From Macrostomum lignano (Eukaryota): a stretch of 64,000 nt of DNA. The stretch is taken from assembly GCA_002269645.1 (NCBI GenBank), contig NIVC01000962.1, forward strand, positions 306,756 to 370,755, written 5' to 3'. A program made the position numbers and the translations under genes. This document shows, one piece after another, positions 34,201-44,500 of the stretch. The first letter of the stretch is position 1; each line of letters opens with the position of its first letter. The notes below the pieces were generated by a model. That model saw nothing but the letters and a program-made list of their open reading frames with translations. It searched no databases and was not told the origin of the DNA.

Positions 34201-37200
34201 CTCAAGACGAGAAGTGGGTCTGCTATGAGAACCCAAGCACATCAGCCGTCTGGGTCGATGCTTCTGAAGAACCACCCAGCTGCCCAATGCGGAACCCCCA
34301 CTGCGGCAAGGAGCTGCTCTCTTTCTGGTTCTGCTCGTCTGGCCCTGTTTTCTGGGAGGTCATCCCGCATGGCATGGCTGTGAACGCGGAGGTGATCTGC
34401 AGCGAACTGGAGCAGGTCGCCCGTTTGCTGCGATCCGTGTGCCCGGGACACCGCGACAAGGTGCTCCTCTTCGAAAATGCGCGGCCTCACAAAGCAAGAC
34501 TCACTCAGGCCAAGCTGGCAAGCCTGGGCTTCAGTGTTTTGCCCCACCCACCATACTCGCCAGACCTCTCGCCATGCGACTACCATGTGTTCAGGTCTCT
34601 CCAGAGCTTTTGTGATGGACAGCGGTTCGCCAACAAGCAACATGTGGAGCAGGCAGTGCAGAAATGGATTGATTCAAAGCCTGCGAGCTTCTGGAGGGAG
34701 GGGATTGAGGCATTGCCAGCAAGATGGGAGAGGGTCAGGGCCTTGAATGGCAACTACATCACATCGCTGTAAACTGTTTGTTCTTGACACTATTTGTTAT
34801 AGTTTTAAGATGTTCAAATTCCGGAAACTTTTGGCTCACCCTAATATATACCTCTCTTCCTCCACCTCTCCCACTGCCCCATCCCTAAGCCTTTACCTTC
34901 TCATTAGTTTCCCTCCCATACCTACAGGCCTGCAATATTCTCCCCCACTGCTTTCTCACGACCCCGCTTGTGTTCCACTTCTACCTTTGCAGCGCCAATG
35001 ACTCCAAAGCCAAGGCTAACGGCAAGGAGGGCAGCGAAGAGGAAGACGAGGAGGATTTTCTGGTGAAACGCCGACCCGGCGACCAGCAGGCGAATGGCGA
35101 GGGCGACGGCGACGACCCGATGCTGCGCTTGCACCGGTTTGTTGCCGAGCCCAGCGACTCCGGGGATGGGCTGGAGCCCGAGTGCAAGGCTGACCTGGTA
35201 GGGTTTGAGTAAATCCGGCAGGGTTTGGGTAGATCTGGTAGGGTTTGAGTAGATCTGGTAGGGTTTGAGTAGATCTGATAGGGTTTGAGTAGATCTGATA
35301 GGGTTTGGATAGATCTGGTAGGGTTTGAGTAGATCTGGTAGGGTTTGAGTAGATCTGGTAGGGTTTTGGTAGATCTGGTAGGGTTTGAGTAGATCTGATA
35401 GGGTTTGGATAGATCTGATAGGGTTTGAGTAGATCTGGTAGGGTTTGAGTAGATCTGGTAGGGTTTGAGTAGATCTGAGGTTCGGGAACATCCTGTAGGT
35501 TTTGGGAACATCCGGTAGGTTTTGGGAACATCCGGTAGGTTTTGGGAACATCCGGTAGGTTTTGGGAACATTCGGTAGGTTTTGGGAACATCCGGTAGGT
35601 TTTGGGAACATCCGGTAGGTTTTGGGAACATCCGGTAGGTTTGGGGAACATCCGGTAGGTTTCGGGAACATCCGGTAGGTTTTGGGAACATCCGGTAGTT
35701 CACGGGCACCCCAGCGCGAACATCTCGGTCTCCCGCAGGCGCAGCTGAAGCGCCACTGGACAGACGACTCCAAACTGACGGAGGCGGAGCGCTACCTCCG
35801 GGACTTCATCACCAAGGAGTTCTGGCGCCGGCCGCGGCAGCGCCAGCAGCAACCGGCAGAAGCGCCGTCGGAGTCGAATTCGGAGGCCGCCCTGTCCGAA
35901 GACGAGGCCTTCTTAACCAAACAGTCCGAGTTCGAATCCCGTTGGAACGGCCGGACAGACGAGCGAGATCCGGAGTTCGAGTCCGGCTTCCAGCGCACCT
36001 TTGCCAGCGGAGACGGGCAGCTGGACGGAGACTCCGATGACGATGAGCTGTTCGTGGCCAAGAAGGCCTGCCCGGCGACTGCCCAGGAGCTCGAGCTGGA
36101 CGAACAGACCGCCGCTGAACTGCTGCGGCTGGAGGAGCGGCGAGACCGGAAGCCTCCACAGCCGGCAGGCGAGAATGAGGAAGCTGAGCGGCTGCCGGAT
36201 GATGACGATGAGGCAGCTGGGGGCGAGGCTGGGGAGGCTGGCATCCGCAGCTACCCTCGCCGAATCGGCGATTCGCTTCGCCAGTCGACCGCCGACGCCG
36301 ACCGGTCGCGCCGTCGGGCGGAGCTCCGGGAGCGTCGGCGGGCGGATCGGCTGGCCAGGCGGCGCGAGTTCGACGCGGCGGCCAGGATGAAGGCAGCCGA
36401 GCTGGAGCGGCGGCTGGAGCGGCTGCGGCGAAATGCCGGCATCGGCGACGTCGCCAAGGACTGCGAGGGCGAGGACGAGGCCGGACGGGACCGGCTGGCC
36501 GACACCCTGGGCGGCGACTTCCTCGACGAGGACTTCGACCCGGCCGAGCACGACCGCCGGATGGCCAGCCTGTTCGGCGAGGATTTCTACGGCGAGGCTC
36601 ACGGTGACGAGAAGGCGGCGAAGAAGCCGCAGTTCAGCGAGGACGAAGATGAAGGCGAGGGCGAGACCGGCGAGTCGGTGGAGGAGCTTCGCCGCAGGCT
36701 GCAGGACGAGGCCGACCGGCTTGGGGCGGAGGATCTGATCCGGGCCGGCCCCGGGGAGGCCGACCTGCCGTGCCGGTTCAACTATCGGCAGGTGAGCGGG
36801 GGGTTCACAGGCTCCGTTCACGGACTGTTCACACACTATTCACAGACTGTTCACACACTATTCACAGACTGTTCACACACTATTCACATACTGTTCACAC
36901 ACTATTCAAAGACTGTTCACACACTATTCACAGACTGTTCACACACTATTCACAGGTTGTTCACACACTATTCACAGACTGTTCACACACTATTCACATA
37001 CTGTTCACACACTATTCACATACTGTTCACACACTATTCACATCTATTCACGCTCACATTCACCGACTCCATCCCCTGCCAGGTGGAGCCCAACGATTTC
37101 GGTCTGAGCGCCGTGGAGATTCTGCTGGCAGACGACCGGGAGCTGAACAGCTGGTGCTCGGTGCGCAAGGCCAGCCAGTACCGCGAGCGCGAGGCCGACT

Positions 37201-37712
37201 GGCGCGACCGGCGCCGATTTCGAAGCGCGCGCGCTCAGGAGCGCAAGACGCAACTCATGCCCGGCATGATGAAGCGGCTGGAGGCTGCGGCGGCCTATCC
37301 GGACGCGAAGGCCTGGGCCGCAGCAGCCGCCGCCGGGCTGGACTTGGCGGGCGAGCTGGCCGGCGCGGCAGTTCAAAAGAAACGCCGGCGAAAGAAGCGA
37401 AAGCAGCAGCAGCAGCAGCAGGCGAAAGAAGAAACTGGAGAAGACGCTGAGCAGCAGCCGCGGTCGCGGAAGAAGCGACGCCTCCTGCCTGAGCAGCAGG
37501 TTGCGGCAGTCGGTCCACAAGCCGCAGAATCAGCAACTACTTCTCAAAAGCAGAAGACGGTGCAGCAGAAAAGTAAGAAGCACCAGAAGCAGAAGAAAAA
37601 GCCGGGCTCTGACGGGCGACTGCAGATCAGCGAGCAGCGACTGGCGGAGCTGGGCATCGATCCCAGGCAGTTCCGCCGGATGCAGAAGCAGAAAAAAGCT
37701 TCAGCATCGTGA
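31287..37712 (+). CDS. KRI1: KRI1 homolog (40S ribosome biogenesis), about 797 aa. Exons 31287-31356, 32897-33230, 33357-33458, 34993-35197, 35739-36791, 37083-37712
   Basis: LKINKKFAKKYDEYRRKEELQK-FKDKYGD; PMYYNEFHRKFLLE; EAERYLRDFI; SYPRRIGDSLR; DFDPAEHDRRMASLFGEDFY; FNYRQ|VEPNDFGLSAVEILLADDRELNSWCSVRK (Kri1 C-terminal domain). GT-AG introns have consistent phases. The exon 2 acceptor is a NAGNAG (CAGCAG), so it may shift by 3 nt. Confidence 0.92.
31480..32875. repeat. Compound G-rich minisatellite in KRI1 intron 1
   Basis: GGGGCAGTGACACACA-type units plus a 30-bp ACACAATCAGGCAGTGGCACACAGGGGTTAG-type unit. Confidence 0.93.
33569..34844 (+). mobile_element. Full-length mariner (Tc1/mariner) DNA transposon, 1276 bp, in KRI1 intron 3
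   Basis: Perfect 29-bp terminal inverted repeats TTAGGGTGAGCCAAAAGTTTCCGGAATTT, a TA target-site duplication on both sides, and an uninterrupted transposase ORF. Confidence 0.97.
33750..34772 (+). CDS. Mariner transposase, 340 aa
   Basis: N-terminal HTH (GRNAAEAHREL...VYDWFSRF...KPRSGRP); LVPHEL, QDEKW, ENARPH and HPPYSPDLSPCDYHVF motifs with 34-residue spacing. The second catalytic Asp reads Glu. Confidence 0.95.
   Translation: MELPRTEWRAILLNHFHAGRNAAEAHRELLQLMGPHAPSKSSVYDWFSRFAEENYELKDKPRSGRPPAADGDAVLQALEDNPDYSVRKLSAATGVSYGTVRRSLHAADKVPKKPTLVPHELTPQQLRARVDVATSNLRQAGSPNFLKSIIAQDEKWVCYENPSTSAVWVDASEEPPSCPMRNPHCGKELLSFWFCSSGPVFWEVIPHGMAVNAEVICSELEQVARLLRSVCPGHRDKVLLFENARPHKARLTQAKLASLGFSVLPHPPYSPDLSPCDYHVFRSLQSFCDGQRFANKQHVEQAVQKWIDSKPASFWREGIEALPARWERVRALNGNYITSL
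35198..35700. repeat. Two adjacent 20-bp minisatellites in KRI1 intron 4
   Basis: GGGTTTGAGTAGATCTGGTA, then GGTTTTGGGAACATCCGGTA. Confidence 0.95.
36830..37050. repeat. 22-bp minisatellite in KRI1 intron 5
   Basis: Unit CACACACTATTCACAGACTGTT. Confidence 0.93.
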
Positions 37713-38537
37713 TTGACACCTCATTAATTATGTGGCTGCTCACGCATTTCTTAGGAAACTAAATAAAGCCGGCTTTGAGTTTTGAAATCAAATTGACAAG
37801 TGAACGCGATATGAGCATTGCTATTTTTCATTTATTTAAAACTTCGATGTGTTTATGAATCATAAATATATTTTTATGATGATATAAAAATTCGAATAAC
37901 ACGCGGCTAATAATAATATTGGGTAATTGGATTAGCAGTACTGTACTACTGATGTACATGTAAGTAGTGTATAATAAAACTCCGGCTATTACGGAAAACC
38001 ACAGTTCACGGAATATGCAACACGGAAAGACGAAGAAAATATAGAATTGATTTATAATAATCCGGTATTATCAAGTTATAATCCGCCTAGAGCAGAGTTC
38101 CTGATTCATCCCAATTAAAAATGTTCGCAAAATTTACTGACAAAAAACTTACTAGCAGTAGTAGATGCGAAGCCTTGACAGCTACCAAGATTATTGATTT
38201 TGCTAATCCCGATCCCGGGGGGAGGGGGTCAAGGCTGACCCCTCGCCAAGAAATGGCCCCCGGGAAATTTTTTCTTCGTTTGCCCTTTCGTAGTTACTGG
38301 TGGATCCGGGGGGTCAAGGGGTCAACTGCCCCCCTCTCCGGGAAAATCCTGGATTCCCGCCACTGAATCAGCTGAATTTGGGATTCTGAAATCCGGGATT
38401 TCGGGATTTTAATTCCGAAAAACCTGAAAGCTTCAATCCCGCTAGAGCAGTTAGCAGAAGCAATACGTCACACTGAAGCAAGTATAAATCATTTGATTAG
38501 TTCCGCGTTCCATATAGGGGTTGCCATGGCAACAGCG

Positions 38538-41500
38538 TCAGAGCAGCAGCTGCAGCACGCCGCCACCTGCCGGACTCTTCACCAGCCGCGGCCCGCCGCC
38601 CGCCTCGGCCGCCTGCTTGACCTCCACCTGGCAGGCCGGCTTGCTGTTGCCATGGCAACGGAATGTCAACCGGTCGGCCAGGCGCACCGGCAGATCCCGG
38701 CCGGCCAGCTGGCAGGCCCGGCGGAGCACCGCCACCAGCTCCGTCAGCCGCTCCTCGCCGGTGAGCGGCGCGCCCGCCTCCGTGGTCAGGATCTGGCGCG
38801 CGGGGGAGGCGGAGAGTGTGGCTTATTCACCTCCATATTAGCTGTATCGCTCCCCATCCGCCCCAATATCCGCTCCCCATCCGCCCCAATATCCGCTCCC
38901 CATCCGCCCCAATATCCGCTCCCCATCCGCCCGAATATCTGCTCTCCATCCGCCCCTATATCCGCTCCCCATCCCCCCCAATATCCGCTCCCCATCCGCC
39001 CCAAAATCCACTCCCCATCCGCCCCAATATCCACTCCCCATCCGCCCCAAAATCCACTCCCCATCCGCCCCAATATCCACTCCCTATCCGCCCCAAAATC
39101 CACTCCCCATCCGCCCCAATATCCACTCCCTATCCGCCCTAATATCCACTCCCCATCCGCCCCAAAATCCACTCCCCATCCGCCCCAAAATCCACTTCCC
39201 ATCCGCCCCAATATTCACTCCCTATCCGCCCCAAAATCCACTCCACATCCGCCCCAATATCCACTCCCCATCCGCCCCAATATCCGCTCTCCATCCGCCT
39301 CAATATCCGCTCTCCATCCGCCCCAATATCCGCTCCCCATCCGCCCCAATATCCGCTCTCCATCCGCCTCAATATCCGCTCTTCATCCGCCCCCAAATCC
39401 GCTCCCCATCCGCCTGAAAATCCGCTCTCCATCCGCCCCTATATCCGCTCCCCATCCACCCCAATATATGCTCCCTATCCGCCCCAATATCCACTCCCAA
39501 TCCGCCCCAATATCCACTCCCCATCCGCCTCAATATCCGCTCTTCATCCGCCCCCAAATCCACTCCCCATCCGCCCCAATATCGCTCCCCATCCGCCCCT
39601 CACCATCAGCAGGTCGCCGCCGGCGCCGCGCCCGTCGAAGGCCAGGCAGACGGCGGGGTCGCCGGCCGAGCGGGTGAGGGACAGCCAGGCCAGGCCAGCC
39701 AGGGGCCGCACCGGCCCCACCAGGTTGGCGCCGCGCTGGTCCGCCTTGGCGACGCCCAGGCCGCTGATCAGCAGGCAGCGCCGGGTCATCTTGAAGGCGC
39801 CGCCCCGCTCAGCCTTGACCACAGGGTGGGAGAACAGCAGCTGGCCGGGAATCTTGGCGGCCGCCCGCGGCCTGGGCAGCTGGTACTCGCCAAGCCAGCG
39901 CCGCGGCAGGCCGGCCCTCAGGCGGTCGGTGCCGAGCAGCAGCTCGCAGCTGGCCAGCTTCAGCCGGAACTCCGGCCTCTCGTGCCTGGGAATCGAGGCC
40001 AGCATGCGCTCGGCACGCCAGCGGTTGTGCACCCGGCGCAGCTCGGCCAGCAGGCCGGCCAAGGCCGCCGGCGGTCTCTCCGGCCATTCAACGCCCCGGC
40101 CGAGGTCCTTCCGCCTGGCGACGCCGTCGAATGCGGCGCAGACGCGCAAGATGTAGGCGCGGATTTTGTAGCGCCGATAGCGCCGGGCGATGATGCAGGC
40201 GGCGCGCAGGCGGGCGAACCGACGCCGGGCCAGCAGGCCGCGAACTCGCTGCGGTTTTTTTATCAATATTGTAGAGAAAAATTGCTAGCCAAAATAAAAT
40301 TTTTCCGGCTATGTGCGTTATAGTTACTAAACTACTTACAGTAGAGCAATTAACAATTTTCGCGAAATCGATTTTTTCACGTTCAATAATATTATTATTA
40401 TTGATTGCTTCATCGATATGAGTAAAATAATTGAATTTTTGTTGCAGGCTGTCACGATAAAAACAAAAAATAAAGTTAAAAAATAAGATAATCAAATCAA
40501 TGTTTCTATGAAAGACGGCACAAACGTTTGGATATAGAAACTCGTATGCATGCTAAAACTGTGTAGCATTTTGAGCGGTGGCAATAAAAGATGGGGATCA
40601 AGGTGGGAGAATTGGGAGATTAACTAGGTGAGAACTGTGAGATCAGGGATGAGAACTGTGAGATCAGGGGTGAGAAGTGTGAGATCAGAGGTGAAAACTG
40701 TGAGATCAGGGATGAGAACTGTGAGATCAGGGGTGAGAAGTGTGAGATTAGGGGTGAGAACTGTGAGATCAGGGATGAGAAGTGTGAGATCAAGGGTGAG
40801 AAGTGCAAGACTAAAGGTGAGAAGTGTGAGATTAAGGGTGAGAAGTGCGAGACTAAAGGCGAGAAGTGTGAGATCAAAGGTGAGGTGTGAGATGAGGAAG
40901 ATGCAGGGTTGCGGAGTCCAGCCGCAGCCCAAACCCAAGCACAGTTAACTCTAAGAAGCGAGATTTTCAAAAGCGCAATTCGATAGCAACAACATCGGCA
41001 TGCAGACGGGAAGGCTTGGGTCCAGAACTGAAGAGCACTTACAGTCTGAATCCACACGGCCAGCCGGTACTTGGCAAAGTAGATCCTGCCAAGCCTACCC
41101 CTATAATGCTGCGATTGCGTAATCAGGGTGAAAGTGGTTTTAAGTAGCATCTGTTGCGCATTGTATGGCTACATTTTAAAGAAATTAAATAGAATTAAGC
41201 AATATTAGCTAAAAATGCAAACCACACTACTGTGGCAAGTAGAGTAATAAGAAAAGTTGCACCATGTTTACGCCTAAAAAGCGATTGTATTCTGCCTAAC
41301 TTTGGCCAACTAAATAAAACATTTTTCAAAGCAATTAAAATGATGAATAGTTGTTAAGCGAAGGCAATGCTTGGGCTTATAGTACGCTCGTAAAACTGCT
41401 AAATATAGAAGCAACTGCCTGAATTGTAATTCAGTTGCCAAACCCAATTAATTTCTAATATGCATCTACAATTGGCTTAAAAGGCGAATGACAAACATAA

Positions 41501-44500
41501 ACTGCAGCACGTAAATGTATTTTTTATACCTGACGCATCTTTAACCGCCTCTGCTTAATGTGTGGATTGCTATTTCACATTTTCAAGCGTTTTTACCCTT
41601 GCATGACTTATGTTGCTTCACCATCCTCTCCTCACCATTGCCTTTGATGACTTTGATCTTTCCCGTCCCTTCATCTCCCTTCCCGTCCCTTCATCTCCCT
41701 TCCCGTCCATTCATCTCCCTTCCCGTCCCTTCATCTCCCTTCCCGTCCATTCATCTCCCTTCCCGTCCCTTCATCTCCCTTCCCGTCCCTTCATCTCCCT
41801 TCCCGTCCATTCATCTCCCTTCCCGTCCATTCATCTCCCTTCCCGTCCCTTCATCTCCCTTCCCGTCCATTCATCTCCCTTCCCGTCCCTTCATCTCCCT
41901 TCCCGTCCATTCATCTCCCTTCCCGTCCCTTCATCTCCCTTCCCGTCCATTCATCTCCCTTCCCGTCCCTTCATCTCCCTTCCCGTCCCTTCATCTCCCT
42001 TCCCGTCCCTTCATCTCCCTTCCCGTCCCTTCATCTCCCTTCCCGTCCATTCATCTCCCTTCCCGTCCCTTCATCTCCCTTCCCGTCCATTCATCTCCCT
42101 TCCCGTCCCTTCATCTCCCTTCCCGTCCCTTCATCTCCCTTCCCGTCCATTCATCTCCCTTCCCGTCCCTTCATCTCCCTTCCCGTCCATTCATCTCCCT
42201 TCCCGTTACTTCATCTCCCTTCCCGTCCCTTCATCTCCCTTCCCGTCCCTTCATCTCCCTTCCCGTCCATTCATCTCCCTTCCCGTCCCTTCATCTCCCT
42301 TCCCGTCCCTTCATCTCCCTTCCCGTCCCTTCATCTCCCTTCCCGTCCCTTCATCTCCCTTCCCGTCCCTTCATCTCCCTTCCCGTTACTTCATCTCCTT
42401 TCCTGTCCCTTCATCTCCTCTCCTGTCCCTTCATCTCCCTTCCTGTCCCTTCATCTCCCCTCTCACCCTTCATCTCCCCTCTCACTTTTCATCTCCTACT
42501 CTCACCCTTCATCTCCCCCTCTCACCCTTTATCTCCTACTCTCACCCTTCATCTCCCCTCTCACCCTTCATCTCCCCCTCTCACCCTTCATCTCCCACTC
42601 TCACCCTTCATCTCCTCCTGCAGCCCAGCCTCACCTTCTGTATAACGGTAACCACAGCGGGCAGGGCTCGAACCCGGGCCTGCTCAAGCGCGAACACGGT
42701 CCTGGCGTGCCGCACGAACAGCTTGCTGACTCCGTAGCGAACCCGGTCCTCGGAGTCCAGCTGCAGGCGGGCCAGGATGCTGCGAGCCGCATCTCTGGGC
42801 GGCATGCCGAGCGGCGGGTGCGGCCAGACCGCTGGCGAGTCGCACAGCTTGTAGCGCTGCAGGAAGTAGGGGTACGGCAGCCGCAGGGCGAAGCCGGCTC
42901 TCCGCACTCTGGCGCTCTCCAGCAGGTTCAGGTAGCGGGCCTGGTGCTCCACGAGCCGGCTATCGAAGCTGCCAGGCTGCTTGGAGCCGTTTGGCTTCAG
43001 GCAGCGAACGTAGTGAGGCCTCATGCCCGCCAGCCGCTGCACCAGAGCCTGGATGCTCTGCTTGAACAGCAGCCCAGCTGATGGCGGCCGCTTCTGCACT
43101 CTGTTGGCCGCCTCCGCGCCCTCCGGCCACTGGGAGGACAGGTGCCGGTCCGAGCTGAGGGGTGTGTTTATGGAGGCCAGGTCTGGTCCAGAGCGTGTGT
43201 TTATGGAGGCCGGGTCTGGTCCAGAGCGTGTGTTTATGGAGGCCAGGTCTGGTCCAGAGCGTGTGTTTATGGAGGCCGGGTCTGGTTAAGAGCGTGTGTT
43301 TATGGAGGCCGGGTCTGGTTAAGAGCGTGTGTTTATGGAGGCCGGGTCTGGTCCAGAGCGTGTGTTTATGGAGGCCAGGTCTGGTCCAGAGCGTGTGTTT
43401 ATGGAGGCCAGGTCTGGTCCAGAGCGTGTGTTTATGGAGGCCGGGTCTGGTCCAGAGCGTGTGTTTATGGAGGCCGGGTCTGGTCTAGAGCGTGTGTTTA
43501 TGGAGGCCGGGTCTGGTTAAGAGCGTGTGTTTATGGAGGCCGGGTCTGGTCCAGAGCGTGTGTTTATGGAGGCCGGGTCTGGTTAAGAGCGTGTGTTTAT
43601 GGAGGCCGGGTCTGGTTAAGAGCGTGTGTTTATGGAGGCCGGGTCTGGTTAGGAGCGTGTGTTTATGGAGGCCGGGTCTGGTTAGGAGCGTGTGTTTATG
43701 GAGGCCGGGTCTGGTTAGGAGCGTGTGTTTATGGAGGCCGGGTCTGGTTAAGAGCGTGTGTTTATGGAGCCCGGGTCTGGTTAAGAGAGTGTGTTTATGG
43801 AGGCCGGGTCTGGTTAGGAGCGTGTGTTTATGGAGGCCGGGTCTGGTTAGGAGCGTGTGTTTATGGAGGCCGGGTCTGGTTAGGAGCGTGTGTTTATGGA
43901 GGCCGGGTCTGGTTAGGAGCGTGTGTTTATGGAGGCCGGGTCTGGTTAGGAGCGTGTGTTTATGGAGGCCAGGTCTGGTCCAGAGCGTGTGTTTATGGAG
44001 GCCGGGTCTGGTCCAGAGCGTGTGTTTATGAAGGCCAGGTCTGGTCCAGAGCGTGTGTTTATGGAGGCCGGGTCTGGTTAGGAGCGTGTGTTTATGGAGG
44101 CCGGGTCTGGTTAGGAGCGTGTGTTTATGGAGGCCGGGTCTGGTCTAGAGCGTGTGTTTATGGAGGCCAGGTCTGGTCCAGAGCGTGTGTTTATGGAGGC
44201 CAGGTCTGGTCCAGAGCGTGTGTTTATGGAGGCCGGGTCTGGTCCAGAGCGTGTGTTTATGGAGGCCAGGTCTGGTCCAGAGCGTGTGTTTATGGAGGCC
44301 GGGTCTGGTTAAGAGCGTGTGTTTATGGAGGCCGGGTCTGGTTAAGAGCGTTTGTTTATGGAGGCCGGGTCTGGTTAAGAGCGTGTGTTTATGGAGGCCA
44401 GGTCTGGTCCAGAGCGTGTGTTTATGGAGGCCAGGTCTGGTCCAGAGCGTGTGTTTATGGAGGCCGGGTCTGGTCTAGAGCGTGTGTTGATAGAGGCCGG

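Noticed and set aside
38294-38366. Short CAGTGGCG-ended hairpin element
   Set aside because: Resembles common hAT-type non-autonomous ends, but the arms are too degenerate and no target-site duplication could be established.
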